Source: an uncultured Nitrososphaerota archaeon (GTDB taxonomy: Archaea > Thermoproteota > Nitrososphaeria > Nitrososphaerales > Gagatemarchaeaceae). From it: a stretch of DNA of 64,000 bases. The position numbers and the translations under genes were made by a program. The notes under the pieces were generated by a model. It was not told the origin of the DNA. It saw only the letters and a program-made list of their open reading frames with translations, and did not search any database. Each line of letters starts with the position of its first letter. The first letter of the stretch is position 1. The stretch covers positions 64,001 through 128,000 of the forward strand of contig CAWISW010000003.1 of NCBI GenBank assembly GCA_963838925.1, given 5' to 3'. Positions 18,510 through 29,773 of this stretch are shown here, piece after piece.

Positions 18510-20330
18510 TCAGGAAGAGAGATACCTGCGGAGCGTGTCCTCGTTGTTCTCGGCGTGGAAGAAGACCGGGATGTTCTGGGTCGCGGTCGCCTTGAAGCTC
18601 GTAATCAGCCAGTCGCCGTTCTGGAACGCGAGCGTCCGGTCGATGAACGCGTCTCCTATCGCGAAGGTATCGGCGACGAGCTGCCTGTCGTAGGGGCGGG
18701 GCATGGTCGAGATGAAGTAGCTGTGGAGCTGCTGCAGCGCGTTGGTGTTGAGGTGGGCGACTCTCTGCGTGCTGACCCAGCAGAAGAGGTTGTACTTCCT
18801 CCCGTGCCTCAGGAGCCTCTCGACGGCCCTGCTCGACTCGTAGGCGTTGTCGCCCTTCCTAGCGTCCTGAGGGATGAACTCCTGGGCCTCGTCGATGATG
18901 AAGAGGACCTTCGGGGTGAGGCTGAAGCTCTTCTTCCTCCTCCTGAAGACCTGATTGATGACGTCGGCGGTCTGCGCCCTCGCGTCCTCAGCCTCGGGGA
19001 GGTTGATCACGAAGACTCGCGGGGAGTCCTTTTCTGCGGACATTATCTCGTCGGGGAGGGTCTCCCACGGCGACTTTTCCACCGCGTCCGCGGGCGCCGT
19101 GTCCTGAACGACCTTGCTGAGGCCGTCGAAGGTCTTCTTCAGCTGGCTGTTGGCGGGCAGGTCCGCGGTCAGGGTCTCGATCTGCGAGATCAGCTTCTTG
19201 GTCCTCGAGTCGAACCTGCTCTCCGCGGTGAGCCCCTCCTTGGACATGAAGTCCTTGATCCTGCTGATCACGAGGGGCACCAGTATCTTCTGCTGGACAG
19301 CGCCGTACTTGTCGTTGAGGGTGCTCGTGAGGATCTCGACCAGGCCGCCGTAGGTGCTATAGTGCTCCACCTCCTCGTGCCCCTCGCTGGGGAGCTCGGC
19401 GAAGACGACCTTGCCGTCGTCGAAGAGCTTGGCGATCTTCTTCTCGAACTCCTCCTCGAGGTCGGAGACCGCCTCTGGGCAGACGTGCCGCTTGAAGTAC
19501 TCGCCCGCCTTGTCCTTCGAGTCCGCGAAGGAGTCGGTGAAGAAGACCTTGCTCGGGTATTCGTTGAGGACGTCTATGATGTGCATGCCGTACTCGGAGG
19601 AGACGTCGAGTATCACGACCTTAAGGTCGGGGATGACCTTCAGGGCCTTGCGGATGACCGTGGCGGTGAGGTTGGACTTGCCGCTTCCCGTGAACGCGAA
19701 CACCCCAACGTGGAAGTGGATGAGGTGCTCGATGTCCATCGTGAAGGGTATCGTCTCGTCGATGACCCCGAGCAGGTGGCCGAATTGGTAGTCCCGGGGC
19801 TCCTTTCCCGCGGGCACCCTGTAGCAAATGAGCCTCTCGACGAAGTCGCGGCTCAGCAGCCTCACCGGGCTCCCGGTGAGCGGGGCGTAGGGCTTCCTCT
19901 CGAACGCCAGGGACCCGTCGTCCTTCTCCTTCATCACGTACCCGACCGGGGCGGCGACTATCTCGATCCAAGTGCTCTTCGAGCCCTTCTCCCACTCGCT
20001 CTCGATGAGCTCCATGAACTCCCGGCGTATCGCGGAGGGCTGGGACATGTCGAGCGTGAGCATCGAGTAGTGCATGGGGAAGACGTCGGCGATTTCGTAG
20101 ATCGAGTAGAAGTTGTCCGTCCCGATGGTCTGGACGTTGGGGACGGCGACCAGCTGCCCGGTAGCCAGCTTCTTTATGACGGCTGGGGTGTATTCGCACT
20201 CTATCCTCGCGGTGCTGAAGGTCACCGTCGAGTCCCCGTCCGCCGACTGCCTGGTCGTGGAGACTATCTCTCTGAGCTTCGCCCTGAACTCCCCGCCCAG
20301 GTCGTCAAAGACGGCTTTGGAGGCCGGCAA
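18510..20330 (-). CDS. herA: HerA/FtsK-family ATPase (DUF87, HAS-barrel-type N-terminus)
   Basis: FHVGVFAFTGSGKSN (Walker A), ILDVSSEY, FIIDEAQEF (Walker B), GRKY, STQR. Confidence 0.88.
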   Translation of the reverse strand: MPASKAVFDDLGGEFRAKLREIVSTTRQSADGDSTVTFSTARIECEYTPAVIKKLATGQLVAVPNVQTIGTDNFYSIYEIADVFPMHYSMLTLDMSQPSAIRREFMELIESEWEKGSKSTWIEIVAAPVGYVMKEKDDGSLAFERKPYAPLTGSPVRLLSRDFVERLICYRVPAGKEPRDYQFGHLLGVIDETIPFTMDIEHLIHFHVGVFAFTGSGKSNLTATVIRKALKVIPDLKVVILDVSSEYGMHIIDVLNEYPSKVFFTDSFADSKDKAGEYFKRHVCPEAVSDLEEEFEKKIAKLFDDGKVVFAELPSEGHEEVEHYSTYGGLVEILTSTLNDKYGAVQQKILVPLVISRIKDFMSKEGLTAESRFDSRTKKLISQIETLTADLPANSQLKKTFDGLSKVVQDTAPADAVEKSPWETLPDEIMSAEKDSPRVFVINLPEAEDARAQTADVINQVFRRRKKSFSLTPKVLFIIDEAQEFIPQDARKGDNAYESSRAVERLLRHGRKYNLFCWVSTQRVAHLNTNALQQLHSYFISTMPRPYDRQLVADTFAIGDAFIDRTLAFQNGDWLITSFKATATQNIPVFFHAENNEDTLRRYLSS

Positions 20331-20332
20331 GC

Positions 20333-22195
20333 CTACGCTCCGCTCCCGCTTCGTCGCTTCGCCTCCACCTGGCTCCGGTAGTCCCTGAACCGCTGGGAGA
20401 AGAGGACCTGCTGGTCGAGCTCCGACTTCGCCATCTCGACCGCGACCGCGCCGGCGTAGGCCTCCTTGTTCTGCTTGAGGACGAACTTCGCCTTCTTGTC
20501 AGCGAGGAAGAGGGGGTAGTTGTGCCCCAGGGCCTCGGGTATCACCTCCCCCGACATCTGGAAGAGGATGGTCATCGCCAGATTGGTCATTCGCGACTCC
20601 TCACGCAGGTTGAGGACTGGGCTGATCTTCTCGTCGATTTGATTGTCCTCGTTGTGGACCACGAGGTCGCCCCAGTGGTCGTACGCCGCGTATGCGGGGC
20701 GGTCGAAGGTGAAGACGTGGCTCCTCACGCTGGGGTCGTTCTTGCTGCTCCAGAGCTGGATGTACGTCTTCACGAACAGCCGCTCGGGATAGATCACGTT
20801 CCTGTACGCGCCGCGCACCCGCGCCTCCCCCTTCGGGAGGGCGTCGTCGGGGACGGGCACCATCGTCCTGAACGCGGCGTCGATGTCCAAGCTGTGCCAG
20901 GGCGTGGGGACTTCCCCCGAGTTGACCACGCTGTTGGTCTGCAGGAGCATCTTGTCGCTGTTGAAGTTGGGGAGGTCGTGGTCCAGCTTCGCCAGGCCGG
21001 ACGCCCTCAGGACGGGGACAACCGTCTTCACCAGCTCCGACGCGCCCGAGTCCTTCGTGAGCCCTACCGGGAGGAGGTGCTCCGACCAAGCCCTGCGCGT
21101 CAGCTCGAGGACGAGGACGAGGACCATGAAGTCGAGGTCGTCCGCCGTGATCCAGCGCTCCTCTGCGCCTCCCGTCTTGATCCTCAAGGGGTGCTCGGCC
21201 TTCGGGTTGAACACGTGTTCGCAGACGTCGAGGGCGGCACCGACCACCCTGCCCCAGTAGTCCTTGACGCCGCGGTCTAGCTTGAACTTTTGTTCGCCCT
21301 CTGCGGTCCCGCTCCTCCCGAAGAGGTGGAACTCCGCGTCGAGCTCCCTGAGCTCCTGGCGCAGGCGCGGGACGTGGCTGTCGTCGACGGCCAGCCGCTC
21401 GGCAATCTGGCCGAGTGTGAGCTCCTCTCCCCCGAAGAGGCACGAGACGGCCGCGAACTTCAGGAGCTGGCTCCTCGGCGAGGGGATCTTGAGGTCCTTG
21501 TTCGCCACGAGCATCCTCGCGAGCTCGAGGTCGAAGCCGGTCACGCTCCCGAAGCGAGTGACCCTCCCCTCCAAGACGGAGAGGTGGTTCCTGACGAGGT
21601 CCCTGGTGCTCCAGACGAGGTGGGCGACGTCCCCCGCGAGCGGCCTGTCGAGGAGGACGACCTTCAGCCTGGGGTCGGAGGAGACCGCCTTGACCGCGAT
21701 GTAGTACTCTGCGAGGTGCATTATCGCGTTGGGGAGGCGCTCCGTCTCGACCTCGGTGCCGGACTCCGTCCTCTGCCCGAAGACGGTGGCCGCGTCCTCC
21801 TCCGAGAGAGGGATCGACGCCGAGACCGCCTCGGAAGACTGGTTCATGGGAGCAGGGTCCCCGACCTCGACGCGGTCATCTAGGAAGCTCAACCGTCCGG
21901 AGTATCCAAAAGCGCCCACGTAGAACACGAGGAGGTCAAGCTTCTGGTCGACCGAGTATGTCCCGTCGATGGCGACGTACTCGACGGAATCGCCTCCGAA
22001 GAAGGTCCGCGCGGTGGAGCTCGCCGAAGCCTGGTCGACTCCGAAGCGCAGGAGCTCCCTGACGTCCTCGCCGGCGGTCAGCTTGAGCTGGTCAGTCTTC
22101 GCCTTGAACGACTTTAGGAGGAAGCGCGTGGAGTTGCGGACCTCCTCTATGGTCCTCGCCTCGAGCCCGGGGAGGTCGGAAGAGCCGGAGGACAA
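20333..22195 (-). CDS. Large NurA-like nuclease with an inserted HTH-like segment
   Basis: YVAIDGT, VVLLDRPL, LPVGLTKDS, GHNYPLFLADKKAK match NurA motifs; TTG at 22195, ~30 nt after TTAAA; 2 nt upstream of herA. Confidence 0.72.
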   Translation of the reverse strand: MSSGSSDLPGLEARTIEEVRNSTRFLLKSFKAKTDQLKLTAGEDVRELLRFGVDQASASSTARTFFGGDSVEYVAIDGTYSVDQKLDLLVFYVGAFGYSGRLSFLDDRVEVGDPAPMNQSSEAVSASIPLSEEDAATVFGQRTESGTEVETERLPNAIMHLAEYYIAVKAVSSDPRLKVVLLDRPLAGDVAHLVWSTRDLVRNHLSVLEGRVTRFGSVTGFDLELARMLVANKDLKIPSPRSQLLKFAAVSCLFGGEELTLGQIAERLAVDDSHVPRLRQELRELDAEFHLFGRSGTAEGEQKFKLDRGVKDYWGRVVGAALDVCEHVFNPKAEHPLRIKTGGAEERWITADDLDFMVLVLVLELTRRAWSEHLLPVGLTKDSGASELVKTVVPVLRASGLAKLDHDLPNFNSDKMLLQTNSVVNSGEVPTPWHSLDIDAAFRTMVPVPDDALPKGEARVRGAYRNVIYPERLFVKTYIQLWSSKNDPSVRSHVFTFDRPAYAAYDHWGDLVVHNEDNQIDEKISPVLNLREESRMTNLAMTILFQMSGEVIPEALGHNYPLFLADKKAKFVLKQNKEAYAGAVAVEMAKSELDQQVLFSQRFRDYRSQVEAKRRSGSGA

Positions 22196-22224
22196 GGCGT
22201 GGATTACGAAGAAACCAATCCGGT

Positions 22225-22704
22225 TTAAGCTTTGGTCTTCTTGGAAGGGGCCTTCTTCGTCTTTGTCGTCGCCTTCTTCTTCGAGCGGAAGACGAACTTG
22301 AGCAGCGGCTCGCTGATCCCGATGGCGTCCCGCGTCGAGATGATTCCCACGGGCGTCCCGTTCTTCTCGATCACCGGAAGATGCCTGACGTTCTCCTTCA
22401 TCATCCTCTCGAGCGCGGTGAGTACGCTCTCGTTGGGCGTCGCCATGATGGACGTCTTGGACATTATTCCCGAGACGGGCACCTGCCGACCGATAAGCGA
22501 CTTGGTCACGGCGAAGACGATGTCGCTCGCTGTGAGTATGCCTGCCATCTTGCCTTCCTTGTCGACCACTATGACGCTGCCGATTCTCTTTTCCCACATC
22601 GTCGAGGCCGCGTCGTCGATGATCGTGTCTTCGCTGACGACTACTGGGGGCGCCTCCATGAAGTCCCTCACCTTTGCGCTGAGATGGTCTGGGCTCTTGG
22701 ACAA
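22225..22704 (-). CDS. CBS domain pair protein with a Lys-rich tail
   Basis: VRDFM..PP, IGSVIVVD..GKMAGILT, VRHLPVI..GIISTRD. Confidence 0.9.
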   Translation of the reverse strand: MSKSPDHLSAKVRDFMEAPPVVVSEDTIIDDAASTMWEKRIGSVIVVDKEGKMAGILTASDIVFAVTKSLIGRQVPVSGIMSKTSIMATPNESVLTALERMMKENVRHLPVIEKNGTPVGIISTRDAIGISEPLLKFVFRSKKKATTKTKKAPSKKTKA

Positions 22705-22757
22705 CTGAGCCCCAAGGGGGTTTTGTCACATATAATAGTTCGTCCCCCGCAAGGCGC

Positions 22758-22940
22758 GTGATGAGGTCCCAAGCGATCCTCGGGGTCGTCCTGGTCCTTG
22801 CTGGACTGGGGGTCCTCTACCTGCTGCGCAAGGTCTTCCTCGACCTGATACTGCTCGTCCTGGGCTTCATCGGGGTCCTTGTGGGCCTTGGCCTGGTCGC
22901 GGGCGGGCTTGCGATGCTGTTCTGGTCCCAGCGCCGCTAG
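22758..22940 (+). CDS. Small two-TM membrane protein
   Basis: 60 aa, hydrophobic; TATAAT ~25 nt upstream. Confidence 0.65.
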   Translation: MMRSQAILGVVLVLAGLGVLYLLRKVFLDLILLVLGFIGVLVGLGLVAGGLAMLFWSQRR

Positions 22941-22948
22941 CGGGGCGC

Positions 22949-23791
22949 CTAGGTCACGCGCTTGGCGACGTCCATGTTCCTGAAGTAGGCCAGGGCTATG
23001 CACACCGTGGAGAGGAAGTAGACCGCTATCAGGAGGGCCGAGACGCCTATCGAGGGCTCTACGGGCGTCGCCGCGAACCGGAATATGGTCTGGACCGCGC
23101 TCGGGAACTTCGGCTCGGCGAGGAGCAGCGGGAGCGCGTCCACCGGCGACGTCGGGAGGTAGTAGTTTGCCACCTTGTAGATGCCGGTCCCCGTCAGGGT
23201 GTAGAGTATGTTGAGGAACGTGCCGACCACCTCGCTGGTAAGGAAGACGGAGGCGGAGAGGATGTAAGAGAGGGACGACCTCCTCATCAGCTCTCCGACC
23301 ATGAAAGCGAACGAGTAGAAGACCAGCGCGGCGAACACCTGGGCCACGAGGATCGTTGGCAGGATGCCCAGCTCCTGCTGCGGGCCGAAGACGAAGGTCG
23401 CTGATGATATGCTGAGGATGACGTCCAGGAGCACTATCCCGACTACGAGCGAGTAGCCCCCGAGGTACTTGCCGAAGAAGTACTCCTCCCTCGATACGGG
23501 CTTCGAGAGGAGGACCTCGGCGGTCCCCTGCTCGTACTCCTCGGACATCGAGCCGGCGGCGATGAGGAGCGCGGTGAACTGGAGGAAGAACGCTTGGGGG
23601 AGGAAGACCCCGAGTATCCACAGGTAGGGGCGGAGGGGAGGCGTGATCAGGGAGGTGTGGGTCGCGTCCAGGGCGTAGTAGGGCGCGATGGCGATTAGGA
23701 CTGTGAGCGCGACGAGCGCGAGGACCTTCTTCCGCGCCACGGCGCGTCGGACCTCGTAGCGCGCAAACGTGAGAACCCTGGCGGCCCTCAT
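22949..23791 (-). CDS. ABC-2 type permease (NosY-like)
   Basis: SEEYEQGTAEVLLSKPVSR..YFFGKYLG; overlaps the ATPase stop (ATGA). Confidence 0.88.
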   Translation of the reverse strand: MRAARVLTFARYEVRRAVARKKVLALVALTVLIAIAPYYALDATHTSLITPPLRPYLWILGVFLPQAFFLQFTALLIAAGSMSEEYEQGTAEVLLSKPVSREEYFFGKYLGGYSLVVGIVLLDVILSISSATFVFGPQQELGILPTILVAQVFAALVFYSFAFMVGELMRRSSLSYILSASVFLTSEVVGTFLNILYTLTGTGIYKVANYYLPTSPVDALPLLLAEPKFPSAVQTIFRFAATPVEPSIGVSALLIAVYFLSTVCIALAYFRNMDVAKRVT

Positions 23792-24741
23792 GGGGTCGGC
23801 GTCCCCCTTATCGCGCTGATGTATGCCTCGTCCAGCTCGCTCCTGGAGTAGCCCAGGCCGACGAGCTTCGCCCCTGACTCCACGACCAGCCTAGAGATCT
23901 CGGCCCTCGGGTCGGAGTTGGTCTCCACCTCGACCAGGAGGCCGGCGGAGGTAGCGGTGACGCTCTTCACCCCGCCCAGCGATGAGATCCGCCCGAGGAG
24001 GGGGCTGCCCGTCGCTGCCGTCGCCGGAGCGTCCTCGATCTCGACCAGGATGGAACGCGAGCTCAGTCGTTCGCGGATGAACGCCTGGATCCCTCCCCTG
24101 AAGAGGATCTTCCCGGAGTGGATCACGACGAGGCTGGTGCAGAGCGACTCCACCTCTGAGAGGATGTGGGAGGACATCACGATCGTCCCGCCGCCCTTCA
24201 CGAAGTCCCTGAAGATCGACCTGAACTTCACGACCCCGGCGGGGTCGATGCCTATCATGGGCTCGTCGAGGATGAGCACCTTCGGGGACCCCATCATCGC
24301 CTGCGCGACGCTGAGCCTCTGGACCATCCCCTTGCTCAGCTTGGCTATCTTGTAGTCCTGGTACTGGATGAGGCCGACGTCCTCGAGGAGGACGGGGAGC
24401 TGGTCGCTGGTCTCCTTGCGGCCGAGCCCGAGCTCCTTCGCCGTTAGCCTGAGGAGCTCCTTGGGCGTCAGGAAGGACTGGAGGTTCGGCAGCTCGGGCG
24501 AGTATCCCACGAGCTCTAGGGCGCGGACGTGGTCGTGGAGGGGGTCCCTCTGCATCAGCCTCACCGTCCCCGAGGTGGGCTTGATCAGGCCTAGGAGCAT
24601 CCTGATGGTGGTGGACTTGCCCGAGCCGTTGGGGCCCAGGAACCCCACTATCTCCCCGCTCCCCACGGAGAAGGAGACGGGGCCGATCTCCTTAGGGCCG
24701 TAGTCCTTGACCGCCTCGTCGAAGCTGATCACGGCGTCCAT
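23788..24741 (-). CDS. ABC transporter ATP-binding protein
   Basis: GPNGSGKS, LSKGM, ILDEP, SSHILSEV. Confidence 0.92.
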   Translation of the reverse strand: MDAVISFDEAVKDYGPKEIGPVSFSVGSGEIVGFLGPNGSGKSTTIRMLLGLIKPTSGTVRLMQRDPLHDHVRALELVGYSPELPNLQSFLTPKELLRLTAKELGLGRKETSDQLPVLLEDVGLIQYQDYKIAKLSKGMVQRLSVAQAMMGSPKVLILDEPMIGIDPAGVVKFRSIFRDFVKGGGTIVMSSHILSEVESLCTSLVVIHSGKILFRGGIQAFIRERLSSRSILVEIEDAPATAATGSPLLGRISSLGGVKSVTATSAGLLVEVETNSDPRAEISRLVVESGAKLVGLGYSRSELDEAYISAIRGTPTP

Positions 24742-24805
24742 GGTCGTTGCTCTCTCAATCTCGGGATGACTGCAAGTAGGCTCGAGGATGCGGCCGGTCC
24801 GTCCT

Positions 24806-25519
24806 TCAATCTACCCAGTGGTCGGGTTTCGAGGTTCCGGTGGAGGCTTGCTTCCTCTTCATCCTGACCCCCAGTGAAAGCGCGACGGCTCCAGCGGCGA
24901 GGGATGCCCCTATGCCCACAGTAGCGGCCTGGAGCGCGGGCGCCGCCGCTGCGGCGCTCAAGCCGAGAGAGGTCGAGGTCAGGGTCGCAGAGACGCTTCC
25001 GCTGGTCGACTGGGCAGAGACCGAGTAGACCAGGTCAGACGGGAATGCCGAGACGGTGCCGCTGATGGTCTGAGTCCCGTTGGCGGAGGTGACGGTGGCC
25101 GAGAAAGCGTAATCCGAGAGGGTGTATGCCTTGCCCTGGAAGGTCGCCTGCGAGGTGCCTTGCTGCGAGATCTTCGCCGCGACGGAGTAGGACTTGCCCG
25201 CGTAGGTGTAGTTCTCGTTCGAGATGGCAGGTAGGTAGGGGAAGAGGGTCAGCGAGGCGTTGACGACGTGAGAGTAGGTGAAGTTGCTCGCCGTCCCCTG
25301 CACCGCCAGCAGGATGATCGACTCGCCCGCCGTCGAGCTTGGGCTGACCGTCTCAGTCACTGAAGCGGTCAGCGTGGTCCCGTTCTGGGTCGCCTGGACG
25401 CCATAAGTGACGTATCCGGACGACTGCGAAGAGGCGCCGGTCGTGCTCGCCGCCTGGGCAATCGGCACCAGGGCGAGAAGCGCGATGGCTGCGAGCATTA
25501 GGCCTACGCTGAGCTTCAA
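24806..25519 (-). CDS. Secreted protein with C-terminal TM anchor (hypothetical)
   Basis: TTG at 25519: signal peptide MKLSVGLMLAAIALLALVPIAQA, beta-rich domain, C-terminal TM + RMKRK...KPDHWVD. Confidence 0.7.
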   Translation of the reverse strand: MKLSVGLMLAAIALLALVPIAQAASTTGASSQSSGYVTYGVQATQNGTTLTASVTETVSPSSTAGESIILLAVQGTASNFTYSHVVNASLTLFPYLPAISNENYTYAGKSYSVAAKISQQGTSQATFQGKAYTLSDYAFSATVTSANGTQTISGTVSAFPSDLVYSVSAQSTSGSVSATLTSTSLGLSAAAAAPALQAATVGIGASLAAGAVALSLGVRMKRKQASTGTSKPDHWVD

Positions 25520-25575
25520 ACTGGCCCTGCACGTCGTCGGTCCCTGATAAGGGTTGGGGACGGGGCTCGTGCCGC

Positions 25576-26088
25576 CTAGCTTGGGGGAATGAGCGCGGGC
25601 TTCAGATGGGGGGCTGCCACCATCACGGCGGCGATTACCGCGAAGAGGATTATTGCCAGCGACGCGGCGGGGAACTCGGGCGCCGGATTGGTGGAGGCGC
25701 CAGTCACGATGACTGTTCCCGACATCCAGGAGTGGTAGGCGCACGTGTACGTGTAGGTGCCGGGGACGGTGAACGTGAAGGAGTAGGACTTGCCCGCGGG
25801 AATCTCGCCCGACCCCGTCCCCCACCCGCTGCCGGCTGGCACGTTCTCGGGGCTCACCGTGTGTGCATCTACGTCTGTGTTGTTCCACGTCACGGTGTTG
25901 TTCACGCCGATGACGACGGTGATCGTGTCGGGAGAGTAGCCGGGGGCCCCGCTCGCTTGGCCTGCCCCGTTGGGTATCGTCACCACCACCGTGGACTGGG
26001 CGTGCGCGAAAGGCAGCGCGAGCGCAAGCCCTGAGAGGACAAAGAGCGCCAGAGCGCCAATCATGAGAGAGACTCTTGCTGTCGTCAT
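25576..26088 (-). CDS. Blue (type 1) copper cupredoxin with PEF-CTERM-like anchor
   Basis: Signal peptide; VTWNN...HTV; YTYTCAYHSWM (H, C, H, M ligands); APEFP + TM. Confidence 0.9.
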   Translation of the reverse strand: MTTARVSLMIGALALFVLSGLALALPFAHAQSTVVVTIPNGAGQASGAPGYSPDTITVVIGVNNTVTWNNTDVDAHTVSPENVPAGSGWGTGSGEIPAGKSYSFTFTVPGTYTYTCAYHSWMSGTVIVTGASTNPAPEFPAASLAIILFAVIAAVMVAAPHLKPALIPPS

Positions 26089-26210
26089 CGAAGCCGTCCA
26101 GGAACGCTGGGGTCGTTTATTCTTTTTGCCCCGAATCTGCCAATCTTAACACGGACGAGGCGTCGCAGCCGCGAAGGGCTAATAGAGGGAAGGTGCCCGA
26201 AGAGGCAGCC

Positions 26211-26825
26211 ATGAAGAAGAAGACCCCTTTGCGGCGACGCAAGGTCCTCAAGGCCAGCGAGCAGGACCTGGTCAAAGAGACAGTCTCGAAGGCGACGGGG
26301 GTTCACTTCGAGGTCGTCGCGCCCCACCCGGCATTCCCCCTCGCGGTCGACCGGCTCGACTGGTTCATGAGGTGCCGCAACAGGGACGAGATCCCGCTGG
26401 CGCCCTACCTCAACGCCATATGGAAGGAGAGGGGCGTGGGCATCTGGCTCGAGTCGCTCGCCCTGGGCGACACGATAGACTGGATCGAGCTCGCGTACGG
26501 GGAGGAGCAGGCCGGCAAGTCGCTCGACCTGGACTACTCGCGCTTCGACGACCCCGCATTCCAGGCGGAGTTCAAGGAGAAGTTCCCGATAGTCCTGGAG
26601 AGGATCAGGGAATACGAGGCTGTCGCGGCAGGAATCTCGAAGAAGAGGGGCGTGCACGTCGAGATTCGGCGCGCGGGCTCCAAAGGGATGCTGGTCTTCG
26701 CGGTGGCGGCCCGCGTGGAGACCGCCAGGGGCGCGTCCCAGGCGGTGCAGCGAAACGCCCTCCGTAAGGGCGTGTCCGCGCTCAGGGAAGCTTACGCAGA
26801 GATATCGAAGCCCTCGACGCTGTGA
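26211..26825 (+). CDS. Hypothetical soluble protein
   Basis: Natural-looking composition and GC3-rich codons; start 26211 (or GTG 26193). Confidence 0.65.
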   Translation: MKKKTPLRRRKVLKASEQDLVKETVSKATGVHFEVVAPHPAFPLAVDRLDWFMRCRNRDEIPLAPYLNAIWKERGVGIWLESLALGDTIDWIELAYGEEQAGKSLDLDYSRFDDPAFQAEFKEKFPIVLERIREYEAVAAGISKKRGVHVEIRRAGSKGMLVFAVAARVETARGASQAVQRNALRKGVSALREAYAEISKPSTL

Positions 26826-26835
26826 CGCGGCGCGC

Positions 26836-28602
<1,767 letters not shown>

Positions 28603-28637
28603 CTAAGTTATCGAAACGACATAGTTTCTCGGGAATC

Positions 28638-29660
28638 TCAGGGCTTTGCGACTATTCGGTTCCTCAGCGTCCCCCCGATTCTCTTGGAGGAGACCTCCAC
28701 CACGTCTCCGACCTTAAGGAACCTCTCCGGGCGCGGGTTCCCGTCCTTGTCCCGCTCGCTGGAGTCGGCGGCGGTCCCGGCGCAGGTCCCCGACGCGATG
28801 ACGTCCCCGGGGTTGAGCTCCGAGTCCGCCGAGAGGAACTCGACCCACTCCGCGAACCCCCTGATCATGTCCTTGGTGTTCCCCCTCTGCCTGACATCCC
28901 CGTTGACCGAGGTCGAGAAGTCGATGTCCTGCGGGTCGGGCGCCTCGTCCTTGAGCGTCACTATCGGGCCGAGCGCTCCCGAGCCCTGGAAGTTCTTCAC
29001 CCGCGCGAAGTTCATGACGCCCTTGTCCATGTTGTCCCGCAGGGAGAAGTCGTCGAAGAGCGTGTAGCCGAGGACGTGCTCGAGCAGGTTCTCGCGCTTG
29101 ATGTCCTTGCCGCGCTTCCCTATCATCAGGGCGACCTCACCCTCGTAGTCCAGGAGCTTGGTCCTGGAGGGGTACGGGACGCCCTCTTCCGGGTTGCTTA
29201 CGCTGCTCCCCATCTTGTAGAATCCCCAAGGAGGGGTGCTCAGCGCCTGGGCCCTCGCGCCCTCGAGGGTGAGGGCCTTCTTCTCCCCGCCCATCGCGGC
29301 GGCCATGTTCGAGGCCAACCCGACGAAGTGGTCCGCGAAGTTGGCGCCGATGCACATGACCTTGAACTTCGAGCTGTCGGTCACGGGGGCGGCGAGCCTC
29401 GCTTCGCCAATGCCGAAGACGGCCCGCTCGCCCCTGGCCCCCCTGAGACGGGGAAGGTCATCGCTCGCGAACCTTAGGACCTTTCGGGCGGTCTCGATGG
29501 CCCTGTCGCCCCGCTCGAGGAACCCCCTGAGCGTGTGACCCACGAGCGCCTCCGCCTCCTCCTCAGAGGATAGGTAGGACGAGGCCGACCTCTGGAGGTC
29601 GACGACGTTGTCGCCGACGACTAGCCCCAGGCGCTGGGGCCCATAAACGGCTAGCTTCAA
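28638..29660 (-). CDS. Fumarylacetoacetate hydrolase family protein
   Basis: CIGANF..H, LDYEGEV, DDFSLRD, GDVIASGTCAG; TTG at 29660. Confidence 0.92.
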   Translation of the reverse strand: MKLAVYGPQRLGLVVGDNVVDLQRSASSYLSSEEEAEALVGHTLRGFLERGDRAIETARKVLRFASDDLPRLRGARGERAVFGIGEARLAAPVTDSSKFKVMCIGANFADHFVGLASNMAAAMGGEKKALTLEGARAQALSTPPWGFYKMGSSVSNPEEGVPYPSRTKLLDYEGEVALMIGKRGKDIKRENLLEHVLGYTLFDDFSLRDNMDKGVMNFARVKNFQGSGALGPIVTLKDEAPDPQDIDFSTSVNGDVRQRGNTKDMIRGFAEWVEFLSADSELNPGDVIASGTCAGTAADSSERDKDGNPRPERFLKVGDVVEVSSKRIGGTLRNRIVAKP

Positions 29661-29773
29661 GGAATCAACGCCCAGCCGTGCGCGTCTGCTAATGAGTTTT
29701 TCCCGGCACGAAAAAGTCGGCCGGCCGTTCTGCAACTCCGGGACACTTATAGGCGAACTTCGGGCGCGCACTC

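Noticed and set aside
22196-22729. 178-aa N-terminal extension of the 798-aa NurA-like ORF (apparent CBS fusion or overlap)
   Set aside because: Arg-rich out-of-frame read of the CBS gene; a TATA box and TTG at 22195 give a better start.
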